Positions 43,127-55,178 of a stretch of DNA of 64,000 bases are shown here, piece by piece. Source of the stretch: Chrysomallon squamiferum. Taxonomy: Eukaryota; Animalia; Mollusca. The notes under the pieces were generated by a model, which was not told where the DNA came from, made no database searches, and saw only the letters and a program-made list of their open reading frames with translations. The translations under genes and the position numbers were made by a program. Where the stretch lies: positions 11,098,001 through 11,162,000 of the forward strand of contig CM022678.1 in NCBI GenBank assembly GCA_012295275.1. The letters run 5' to 3'. The number at the start of each line of letters is the position of its first letter. Position 1 is the stretch's first letter.

Positions 43127-43210
43127 ATGCGTGTGGATGTACTCGGGGCTTTCAAAGAATGGGGAGACATGCCCACCTCCGACTCAAACAAGCGTGACCG
43201 TACCCGCAAG
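43127..43210 (+). CDS. CLK: Candidate alternative first coding exon of CLK (MRVDVLGAFKEWGDMPTSDSNKRDRTRK)
   Basis: 28 codons ending at the strong donor AAG|GTAGGT in phase 0, matching exon 49050. It sits in a GC-rich island within an AT-rich intron, downstream of ETS sites. Confidence 0.65.
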
Positions 43211-43699
43211 GTAGGTGCTCGTCTGGACACGCCCCGTTTCTTTCAAAAGTCTCACGTTTTGTTTTTTATTAACGGTTTTATAAAAAAAAAAAAAAAAAAA
43301 GTTTTCTTGTAATGGTTTTAAAAAGTTTTTTCTTGTAACTTGGTAAAGTTTTCAGATAGCATTTCTTAGCTCTGCTAATATCATCATGTCAGTTCTTAAG
43401 ATGTTGATAATGTTGTTGTTTTAAACTTTTTAAAGTAATTATAATTTATATGTTTATAAAGGCAACTTGTTCCTCTGTATAGTTTTTTTAGTTTTTTTTA
43501 TGGAAATAGAAAATATATTAAAAACTGAGATCAGTATCAGTAGTTTACATTGGAAAATAATTTATTATTAATGAAAGCTCTATGTTTATCTCATCTACTG
43601 TTTGTAATTTTAAAAATATATTTATGTCTTAACTGTATTTATTTATTCCATTTTATCTTTATTATTATTTTATCAAATTTAAAATGTTTTTATTCAGGT

Positions 43700-43730
<31 letters not shown>

Positions 43731-44707
43731 TTTTAACTAATAGTTAATTACAAAAAAAAATCTCAAAGTTAAATCTTTTCTTCAGTTTAAAAATAAATAT
43801 TCATTTCTCACTGAACTCTTAGAAATTCTGCAACTCCTAATGTGTCTGTCTGTCTGTCTGTGTATGTGTGTGTATTATATGCACGAATGAGATAGAGAGA
43901 TAGAGTAATTTTCTACTTTATTCTTACTTAATATGAAGACAGAGGAGATTAAAATCAGGTTGTAGATGTGACTGTACATGTGTGCTATGTTTTATTCATA
44001 CACTGAGTAAACATTTGTTATTCCTGACTTATAATCTGATACATCAGAAGTAGTCCAGTCAGACACACGAGTTTCATTCCAAGCACACTGGGAGTATAGA
44101 TTTTCATCCTAGTAATTTTACTTTATTTTTCTTAAGTGCTGTCTATGTTAGTGATAGTTAGTGTTAGTGAACTACCATTTGGTACATATCAGAGAATTGG
44201 TTTTACAGTGTATTTTAAATTAATAAAGTTCGGTAATGTTTGTTGTTATTTAGGATTGCAGAACACTAATTCTAATAGTGTTTGGGTTTGGTGTTTTTAT
44301 TTATTTACTTTTTTTTTGATATATTTTCTTCTTTTTGATTTTTCATTCTATTTTAAATTAACAAAATTTGTTAATATCTGTAATCATTTTGAACATACAG
44401 TAGTGTTTGTTTTTTCCTTCTATTTTGTGAGTTGTTTTTAGTATATTTTTAGTATGTGTATTCAAATCATAACACAATTAAAGATGGTGGATATAAACCA
44501 GTAGAAATGTGGCAGCTACTTGAAGTGTAGGAAATGGTTGTGGTAACCTGAATTTCTTTTTTGTACACCTTTCTCTGTTTTAACACTGAAATCGAGAAAT
44601 AACAAATTATAATCTGAACGTGCTTGGAGAATAAGAAAAGCAGTTATTTTCTAGTTTGTAAATTGAGTGATGAAATTTAGGAAATAACAAGTGATCATCT
44701 GGCAAGC

Positions 44708-44765
<58 letters not shown>

Positions 44766-44954
44766 GAGAAAGCTGACTACACTGATGTATTTGCTGTGTG
44801 GAGTACTGCCGTGAAGCTCTGTGTTTGTGGTGTAGGAGATAAACCAAGTTGTTAAGTTTCTTGTGTTTCTCCTGCTATAATTAGCCGTGTCTGATTTTTT
44901 TTGTTTTTCCTTAACTGAATCTTTATACTTAATGGATCATTTGCTTTTCTCAAC

Positions 44955-45830
44955 AGACTGGATTTATGTAGACTTGTAAACTGGATACATGTAGACATGT
45001 AAACTGGATTTATGTAGACTGGTAAACTGGATTTATGTAGACTGGTAGACTGGATTTATGTAGACTGGTAAACTGGATTTATGTAGACTGGTAGACTGGA
45101 TTTATGTAGACTGGAAAACTGGATTTATGTAGACTTGTAAACTGGATATATGTAGACTTGTAAACTGGATATATGTAGACTTGTAAACTGGATTTATGTA
45201 GACTTGTAAACTGGATTTATGTAGACTTGTAAACTGGATATATGTAGACTGGTAGACTGGATATACATAGACTGGTAAACTGGATATATATAGACTGGTA
45301 GACTTGTAAACTGGATTTATGTAGACTGGTAAACTGGATATAATGTAGACTTGTAAACTGGATATATGTAGACTTGTAAACTGGATATAAGTAGACTGGT
45401 AAACTGGATATATGTAGACTTGAAAACTGGATATAATGTAGACTTGTAAACTGGATATATGTAGACTTGTAAACTGGATATAAGTAGACTGGTAAACTGG
45501 ATATAAGTAGACTTGTAAACTGGATATATGTAGACTTGTAAACTGGATATAATGTAGACTTGTAAACTGGATATAATGTAGACTTGTAAACTGGATATAT
45601 GTAGACTTGTAAACTGGATATATGTAGACTGGTAAACTGGATTTATGTAGACTGGTAAACTGGATATATGTAGACTGGTAAACTGGATATATGTAGACTG
45701 GTAAACTGGATATAATGTAGACTGGTAAACTGGATATATGTAGACTGGTAAACTGGATATATGTTGACTGGTAAACTGGATATATGTAGACTGGTACACT
45801 GGATATATGTAGACTTGTAAACTGGATTTA
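44955..45830. repeat. Minisatellite, 23-24-bp unit (atgtagact[g/t]gtaaactggat[t/a]t), ~38 copies
   Basis: Read directly; accounts for ORFs 45317..45850 and 45643..45873. Confidence 0.97.
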
Positions 45831-46528
45831 TCAACTTGTGAATAAGCCACATAGGCCTGTAGATATCAATCATGGATGGTGAATACTTGATATAGATACA
45901 TAATGTAGAACACTTGTAAACATGATGGATATGTCAAATTTTGTAAACAAAAAGGATATCATATTAGGCCTTACAGTATATTAGCTATATCACGAACAGT
46001 GGATACTTGATATAAATAAACAATATCATGACATAAAACCCAGTAGATAATATTTTGTAAATTTAAACACTATTTCGTGTAAATCAGGTGTTGAAATAAA
46101 TCATGATCAGTTTGTAAACAGCTGGTATGTAGTACAAAGGCTGGTAAATATGGGGGATATAACATACGAGCTTACTGAATATTTGAACCTTCTGTTGACC
46201 CAGTTTCATCCATTTTATTTTATTTTATTTTATGTTATGTTTTCTTTTCATTTGGTTATTGAAAACACAAATCTGATAACCTCATTTCATGTTTTGGCTG
46301 AAATATATTTGAAGATTTCAACACTTGAGCGTTAAGATAAGGCGTGTGTTGTAAAACTCGAAGTTATCTAGAACACACGAAGAAATGAGATTGTTACCCA
46401 AAAATCAGCCACGATTCTATTTATAGTTAATGCAATATAAATTATCTGATATTTGGATTCAAGTTTAAAGATAACATTTTGAAATGAATTTAAAATAAAC
46501 ACCTGAATAACCTACCTCTTCTCATACA

Positions 46529-46570
<42 letters not shown>

Positions 46571-47357
46571 CACACAGAGATATTCATTCATACATATATG
46601 CATTTTCAAACACACACAAACACACACACTCGCATACACAAATACAAACCAACACTATCATAACAACACACATAGGTTTTTTTATGCAGATGAACACAGT
46701 TCTAAATACAGCACACACACACAACACTGATGATGTTCTGAGTTTACAGACATTCTTCAGGTCTGTATACCTAGCAGCGCCTACAATCCTGGCACTCATC
46801 CATCCTTCTGCTGTAAAGGTCATGTGCTTCGGTGTTGGTATCTGGTTACTTCAAGAATTCCGTAATACAGCAGCCATTATGTCAGTAGATCTTCTTTCCA
46901 AAGTCTATAAACTACAGATCTTTATTCGTTTAATATATACACACTAAAACTATGCTTCAGATATATTGAATTACACACACACACACACACACACAGACAG
47001 ATATAAAGACACAAACACATCCACACACACACATATATAAAATTTACATTTTTTCATCTTCTCCATAGTGAATTAAATATGAATCTAATAACTCGTAAAG
47101 ATAGAGCTTTTGTGTGTGTGTGTGTGTGTGTGTCTGTGTTTGTTGTGTGTTTGTATGTGTTAATAAATAAAAATGACAGGTTATTTTATGTGTGCCAGTG
47201 AGCTCAAATATCTGGATGGTTGTTATTGTGTTTAATTATTTTTGTATTTGCTTTTTTCATACACATGGAAATTATAAATTCATGACAAGTTATTTTCTCT
47301 GCAGGTTTTTAATTTGAAGATTTCCCTGAAGATTTGTTTGACAGTTTGATTCTTAGA

Positions 47358-47492
<135 letters not shown>

Positions 47493-48314
47493 TGTGCATG
47501 TGTGTGCGTGACTGAGTATTCAACCTGAAAATAATGTATTTTCTTTAACTTACTATTTTAGTAACGTTAGTAAACAAAGTACACAGTTTGTTGTTTACCT
47601 GTCAGTTTGCATTACTTCTCTGCAGATTAAAACATTAAAGTAGTTTTTGTCTTGATAATCCTAGTTCACTGATTCACTTCTCAGTTTCAGGACCCAAGGG
47701 TCACAAGATCAATACTTATTGTCTACCACTGACTAGTTTTTATTTTATTTTATCTTTTTTGTTGTTGATGTTGTTATTATTATTATTATTATTATTCTTA
47801 TTGTTATTGCTATTATTGTTATTATTAATTTTATTATTATTATTAAATCTTATTTATTATTAATATTACTACTTCAGTTATTTTTATTATGATTGTTTTG
47901 TTTTTTTTTTTTTTTATTATTATTATTATTCTGTTCTATTCTGTTATGTTCTTTTTTTATTTTATTACTGATAATTTCCCATTCTGCTTTGTTCCCCAGA
48001 AATAGTGTGTCAAAGTGTATGGTATGTGTTTTCCTGTCATCTTCTTGTTAAAACTCAAATTGACGTTTTTCCCTTTGTTTTGCTCCGTTGTATTGTGAGG
48101 TGGACAGAAGATCACTGGGATGAATTTGATTTACTTGTTTGGATTGTTTTCATTGTTTTGTTTTTTACATGGATGGATAGGTGGGTTGATGGATGGATGG
48201 ATGGAAGGATGGATGGATGAATGAATGGTACATACATCTGTAAAGTTTCCCTGTCTATAAAAAGTGTTTTAAAAATGCATGTTATATTCTCATTTGGCTT
48301 TTCTAAAAATGTAT

Positions 48315-48345
<31 letters not shown>

Positions 48346-49049
48346 TTAGTTGATTCTTGGTTGCAGGTATCGGTTATGAAGAAGTATGAAAGTTGACTTT
48401 AATGATATTTAGGAGTTAGGTTTTAGGTTTAATAAGATAAGGGTGCAAATTTTGTTGTTGTTGTTGTTGTACTGTTTGCTTGTTGTAGGAGTTGCTGACT
48501 TTCTTGATTTTTACTGCTTGGTTTAAAATCAAACTAAGAAATAAAATAAATACAAAAACAAAAACAAAAATTAAACGATAAAAAAAAGAAAAAAATTAGA
48601 TATTTAAAATAAATTTACCAAAATCAAAAAAAACCATACAGCTCATAACAAAAAATAAAAAAAACTGAAAAAGATTTTTTTTCAATTTTTTATTTTTTCA
48701 ATTTTTATTATTATTATTATTGTTATTTTTTTTATATATTCTTTTTTATTCTTTTTTTTTTTTTTTTTTTTTTCTATTTCCATAACATTTGTCTGCTTTT
48801 TTAGTTTGTTAATTTACTTGGTGACTATTTGATAAACATTTTTGCTATCACACAATCTTACATCGCCTTGCCTCCCATTTACTATCTCCCTATGTGCCGA
48901 ACGCATCGACACGATCACCACGTTCGAAAAAATACCGTTGCCATTGCACCATCTTTGCTGCTATTTGATTGGCTGTCGACTGGCTGGCTGGCTGACTGAT
49001 TCTGATTGGTTGATTGAAACTTGTGCTGACCAATGGCGTCGGGTTACAG

Positions 49050-49140
49050 AACCAGGAAGGAAATGAACGGGCGCCAAGCGTTGCAGACGACGAAGAGGGT
49101 CACCTGATCTATCGTCATGGAGATCTACTGCAAGCTAGAT
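49050..49140 (+). CDS. CLK: CLK exon 4 equivalent (NQEGNERAPSVADDEEGHLIYRHGDLLQAR-Y)
   Basis: Contains the LAMMER-kinase pre-catalytic motif DDEEGHL. 91 nt, phase 0/1, acceptor TTACAG with a second in-frame CAG at 49053-49055, donor AGAT|GTACAA. Confidence 0.95.
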
Positions 49141-49496
49141 GTACAAACTGTTTTCGTAATGTTTAGTCTAGGCTATATTCACTTTTACTTAATGTATATT
49201 TAATTTGTTAATGTGTATGTGTCAGTTTATATATATATGTGTATATATATATATATACCATGCATTTATTTACGTATATATATATGCATCAGTTTTCAAA
49301 ATTGATGCTTATTTTTGATTTTGGGATGTTTTTTTTTTTTTTTTTTTATCAAACGTGTCAGTTTGAAGTACACATTAATTAAGCAATCAAGAAATACTTA
49401 GTCACCATTGTATTAAAATTCATGTTCACACACAGACAGACACACAGACAGACACACATACATACATACATATGCTTATATATATTTTTTTTTCTT

Positions 49497-49527
<31 letters not shown>

Positions 49528-50634
49528 CCTCTGTCAATTTTATGTACATTTTATGCAATGTTTTCTTCAATCCTTTGATTAAATTAATATTTTAATTCAT
49601 ATTTTATTAAGTATTTTGGCAGCAATTAATAATAATAATAAATTCTGTTAATTTGATAGAATGATTCAGATTCTTAAAACATTTATTTGTTATGCTTTGG
49701 ATAACAAGTGTTGCTTAAAAAGTGCAGAAATACATTTTATTTCATTCCGAAAGAAAAGACCGATTAGATTCAGATTAAAACTATAAAATTAAATTCAAGT
49801 CTGGTTTTAAAAAAGAATAAAGTTAAAATGTACTTGAAAGCATTATTTGGTAAAAAATATATCAACCAATATTCAGGTTTGGCCTTTTTTTTAAAATAAA
49901 ATAAAATAAAAATAAAAATAAATTAAACAAGGCACAGTTCATTTATTAATATTAGAAATGGTTTGTTTAATTAAAATTTAAAACGTTCTTTCTCGTGCCA
50001 CATAGGCTATGCTTTTAATGATTGTGTGTGCCACACAAGTTTCTATTTTACATTTTCTTGGTGGCAAATGATTTTAATTCTGCCAATATTAACTGACAAC
50101 ATGTGCATGTTTTTGTATCATTCAAAAATGCTTCTTTTGGTTGTTTTTTTTTTTTCAAAATTACTTTTAAAAAAAGAAAAACTTTGCAAAAGGTGGCAGA
50201 AGTGACCATTTGATATGAAAAACAAAATTAGTAAAAAAATAATAAATAATAATAATAATAATAATATATCCAGACAATAAATTTCGTAATTATTTTTAGA
50301 ACTGTTATTTAAAAAAAATAAAAAAAATAATAAAAATTAATAATTGCATTTGTTGCTGTTTATCAATATTTAAAAAAAAAAAAAAATTAACTGCAGATTG
50401 ATTGTTCTGTTACGAAAATGGTCACTTTTAAAATGACCCTCATCATTTTTCACAACACTTTTCACACATTTTCAATGAACATTAATGTTGTTGTTGTTGT
50501 TGCTATGGTGACATATGACAAGAAAACTGATATGTAATTATTTCTGGTTGACTGCTAACCACCACCATCTTGTTATCTTGTAGGGGTTTGTTGCCATGGC
50601 AAAGACTATGACCATGCTTGTTTTTCTTTTGCAG

Positions 50635-50701
50635 ATGAAATTGTCTCGACTTTAGGGGAAGGAACTTTTGGAAAAGTTGTGGAATGCAAAGATTTACAAA
50701 G
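50635..50701 (+). CDS. CLK: CLK exon 5 equivalent, kinase subdomain I (YEIVSTLGEGTFGKVVECKDLQ)
   Basis: GxGxFG loop nearly identical to CLK2 (YEIVSTLGEGTFGRVV). Acceptor TTTTTCTTTTGCAG, donor AG|GTGGGT, 67 nt, phase 1/2. Confidence 0.97.
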
Positions 50702-51138
50702 GTGGGTAACACAATCCTTTGTTGTTGTTGTTGTTGTTGTTGTTGTTTTGCTTTTACAGGAAAGGTTTGTGTGTTGAAAACACTTTTTATGTTTTTGCGA
50801 TTTGATGTTTGAAAATAGCTTTGTTTTTTGTATTGAGTTTGTAAATATTTTTATGCTTTAATGCCACGTTAGTGGTAGATTTAGAAGAAGATCTGGAAGG
50901 CTTACTGATTAAATGTAGACTACTTAGAGGAACTGGTTCATAAGATCAGTTAAAGAAGTAGGTTAATTATCTACATGAAAGCATTTGTAGAATACAAAGA
51001 TGAAAAAACATGTAGGTTACAGGATTGATCCTTGTTACAGTCACAGAATGGCTAGCATGAGTTCTAAACTACCTTGTCAAAAATCAAACATTTTTCTTTT
51101 CTTTCAATAAGAAATTGTTTTTCTTCAAGTTCTGTCTT

Positions 51139-51253
<115 letters not shown>

Positions 51254-51269
51254 GTGAGTGAGTGAGTGA

Positions 51270-51314
<45 letters not shown>

Positions 51315-51316
<2 letters not shown>

Positions 51317-51463
51317 AACCCTTTCAGAGCCAAATATTTTCAAGATGTGAACATTGACACATTTAACAGTGATGCAGAACCATCAGGAAAGTGAAATGTT
51401 AGTGCTTGACTCGAACTAGTACGTTATGTCGAGATTTCTCGCCAGTGGCATCAAAAGGGTTAA
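51315..51463. mobile_element. piggyBac-type MITE (141 bp) with TTAA target-site duplication
   Basis: TTAA-CCCTTTCAGAGCCA ... TGGCATCAAAAGGG-TTAA; 10 of 14 TIR positions match. Confidence 0.7.
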
Positions 51464-52574
51464 AAAAGATTTAATTGTTTGTACTAAGCATATAAATAAT
51501 GTGTGTTTTTTTTCTGTTGGACATCATCACAGTTTTCTGTTAAATATGACATCTGCATTTCTTGTTATTTGGATAAATATTAAGTGATAAGCATATCATT
51601 ATATTAATTTGGTATTAGTTTGTGTTTTTTTTGGTTCCTTTTGTTTTGGTTTTTGGATCTAAATAGTAGATGTTTGTGATGGTTTATGGATCTCAGTTTG
51701 TTCAGTGACAGGATTTTGTATTGAACCTATTTGTTTGTCGTTTATCAGCTACTTAATGAACTAACCAAGTGGGTGACTTGGACTCTGAGACAAAGACAAG
51801 TTAACGTGGATATTGTGTGTCACCAGACTTGTCACCCTTCATCATCACCTGTCTTGTCAGTGACAGCTGATTGTCTCTGTGTTGGTGTTGTGTTTCTCTA
51901 GACAGTAATTTCTTTGATCAGTTGGGTGTCAGTGTTGATGTATAAAGATGTAGGTTAGTCTGTTTAGATAAGATGAACTAGTTTGCAGACACCAGTTAGG
52001 TCATATTTGTATAACATGGATATCAGAAATATTAATGATTTACTTCTTTTTTATATAAAATTTATACATCATCTTTCAGAATCTGACTCCTGTGTATTCC
52101 TTTTCTTCACAAATAAATAAATAAATAAATAAATAAGAGGGAGATTAAAGTTAAAATCTTATTCTATTCAGTTTCGATGCAGTTTTTAACCATTGCCCCA
52201 GAACATAATATCGTTCAACAATCTTTTGCTTCATTTAACTGGAACATTTTGTCCATCTTTCTAACCCCTAGGTTATCAAATACCATGTTTTACTGTTCAT
52301 GTGAAGGTACTTTTTTTTATTAAAAAGCTAATGAGAACAGCTCATTGGAATCCTGAGGTATTCACTTGACTTGGTGATTTATGACTGAAAGTAACAGTAA
52401 CCATTTGTCATTAAATACTGAACCTTTCTGTGGTGTGTCTCCTGAGTTTTTGTAATGCAGCAGTTATTTTGAAGTTGGGTAGATTTGACTAATGAGTTGT
52501 TTTTATATCATTAAATGTGTTACATTATACATATTTGAATGTGTTTTGTAATGTTTTGTGGTTTAGAGGTGTGG

Positions 52575-53100
52575 TCATGGTTTGTGGATCTGAGTGTGTT
52601 TGTGATGATTTCTGGATCTGAGAGTGTTTGTGATGGTTCCCTGTGTTTGTGATGGTTCACTTGATATGTTTTGATGGTTTGTGGATAAGTGTGTTTGTGA
52701 TGGTTTATGGATCTGAGTGTGTTTGTGATGGTTCATGGATCTGAGTGTGTTTGTGATGATTTCTGGATCTGAGTGTGTTTGTGATGGTTTGTGGATCTCA
52801 GTGTGTTTGTGATGATTCATGGATCTCAGTGTGTTTGTGATGGTTTGTGGATCTGAGTGTGTTTGTGATGGTTCGTGGATCTGAGTGTGTTTGTGATGGT
52901 TCATGGATCCGAGAGTGTTTGTGATGGTTCGTGGATCTGAGTGTGTTTGTGATGGTTCGTGGATCTGAGTGTGTTTGTGATGGTTCGTGGATCTGAGTGT
53001 GTTTGTGATGGTTCGTGGATCTGAGTGTGTTTGTGATGGTTCATGGATCTCAGTGTGTTTGTGATAATTCATGGATCTCAGTGTTGTGATGGTTCGTGGT
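52575..53100. repeat. Minisatellite, 28-bp unit (tgtgatggttcgtggatctgagtgtgtt), ~19 copies
   Basis: Period of 28 (52864, 52892); accounts for ORF 52575..53111. Confidence 0.97.
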
Positions 53101-53337
53101 TGGCAGTGCAATGTTCAGTCCAGGGTGTAAGTAGGTACAAGTGGTCTAACCTCTGTCTCAGTGGTCAGCGCTATTATTAGTGTTAATAATCAGCAAGAGC
53201 TGTTTGAAGTCTCTGGAAGTAATTACCTGTCAACAAACGTCTGACATCTGGTCATTAATTTATTAGCAGTTGTCTCCATGGTAACTTGTTGCCTAGCAAG
53301 CAGATTTTCGTGGCAATCAGCAGTCACTCAGCAGCCC

Positions 53338-53980
53338 AGTTTTACGTCACTTGATATTCTGTTATAACTGATCAACCCTGTTTTACATTTCACTTGATAT
53401 TCTGTAATAACTGGTCAACCCTGTTTTACATGTCACTTGATATTCTGTAATAACTGACAACCCTGTTTTACATGTCACTTGATATTCTGTAATAACTGGT
53501 CAACCCTGTTTTACATGTCACTTGATATTCTGTAATAACTGGTCAACCCTGTTTTACATGTCACTTGGTATTCTGTAATAACTGACAACCCTGTTTTACA
53601 TGTCACTTGATATTCTGTAAAACTGGTCAACCCTGTTTTACATGTCACTTGATATTCTGTAATAACTGACAACCCTGTTTTACATGTCACTTGATATTCT
53701 GTAATAACTGAGCAACCCTGTTTTACATGTCACTTGATATTCTATAATAACTGGTCAACCCTGTTTTACATGTCACTTGATATTCTGTAATAACTGGTCA
53801 ACCCTGTTTTACATGTCACTTGATATTCTGTAATAACTGAGCAACCCTGTTTTACATTTCACTTGATATTCTGTAATAACTGAGCAACCCTGTTTTACAT
53901 TTCACTTGATATTCTGTAATAACTGAGCAACCCTGTTTTACATGTCACTTGATATTCTGTAATAACTGGTCAACCCTGCT
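53338..53980. repeat. Minisatellite, 41-43-bp unit (ttttacatgtcacttgatattctgtaataactggtcaaccctg), ~15 copies
   Basis: Read directly. Confidence 0.97.
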
Positions 53981-54031
53981 TTCTGTGGTCACATATCAAA
54001 GGTTCAGATGATGCTTTAACACGTTTTTGTA

Positions 54032-54295
54032 CCAGATGAAACATTGGTGTGATTGTATCAGATGAAACATTGGTGTGATTGTATCAGATGAAACATTGGT
54101 GTGATTGTATCAGATGAAACATTGGTGTGTTTGTATCAGGTGAAACATTGGGCTGTTTGTATCAGGTGAAACATTGGTGTGTTTGTATCAGGTGATACAT
54201 TGGTGTGATTGTATCAGATGAAATATTGGTGTGTTTGTATCAGATGAAACATTGGCGTGTTTGTATCAGATGATACATTGGTATTATTGTACCAG
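54032..54295. repeat. Minisatellite, 26-bp unit (cagatgaaacattggtgtgattgtat), ~10 copies
   Basis: Read directly. Confidence 0.95.
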
Positions 54296-55020
54296 ACACA
54301 CTGATTTTACTGTACATGATTACTGCAGGTATCCAACCCTGTGATATTTCTTGTATATTCTGTAATAACTGAGTCAGTCTGATTTTGCAGTGTCAGTTGA
54401 TATTCTGTAATAACTGCAGTCAGCAACCCTGTTTTGCATGTCAGTCTGATATTCTGTAATAACTGCAGTCAGTCTGAACCCTGTTTTACATGTCAGTGGG
54501 ATATTCTGGTAATAACTGGTCAACCCTACTTTCTGTGGTCAGTGCGATAATCAGTCTGAAAGGTTCAGATGATGCGATTTTTGCAGTCAATGCGATACTG
54601 CAGTTTTTTGATACTGCAGATGAAACAGTCAGTGTGATACTGCAGTGATGTGTTTATATCAGAAGAAACATTGGTGTGATTGTATCAGATGAAACATTGC
54701 AGTCAGTCAGTTTGATAGTCAGGTGAAACATTGGGCTGTGCAATACTGCGGTCAGTCTGATAGCGGAAACATTGGTGTGGTCAGTTTGATACTGTGGTCA
54801 GGTGATACATTGGCAGTGTGATATTGATACTGCAGATGAAATATTGGTGTGTTTGTATCAGATGGGATAACATTGGTCAGTGTTTGTATCGGATGATACT
54901 GCAGTTGTGTGATTGCAGTCAGTAGTGTGATACTGCAGTCACTGATACTGCGGTTTTACTGCAATCATGATTGTGATACTGCAGTCAGGTATCAGTCAGT
55001 GTGAGATATTGCTTGATATC

Positions 55021-55178
55021 CAGTCAGTGTGATACTGCGGTCAGTGTGATACTGCGGTCAGTCAGTGTGATACTGCGGTCAGTGTGATACTGCAGTCAGT
55101 CTGATACTGCAGTCAGTCTGATACTGCAGTCAGAGTGATACTGCAGTCAGTGTGATACTGCAGTCAGTCTGATACTGC
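55021..55178. repeat. Minisatellite, 17-bp unit (gtcagtgtgatactgc[a/g]), ~9 copies
   Basis: Read directly. Confidence 0.92.

Noticed and set aside
45317-45873. 177-aa and 76-aa repetitive ORFs
   Set aside because: They are translations of the 23-24-bp minisatellite, with frames cycling through the unit.
50596-50655. ATGs upstream of and at the start of the kinase exon as internal starts
   Set aside because: All are in the frame that ends at the TAG at 50653-50655, not the kinase frame.
52575-53111. 178-aa His/Thr-rich ORF
   Set aside because: Translation of the 28-bp array; the unit is not a multiple of 3 and no splice context was seen.
53338-55178. CRISPR-like appearance of regular repeats
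   Set aside because: Head-to-tail units without unique spacers, no cas genes, eukaryotic intron context.
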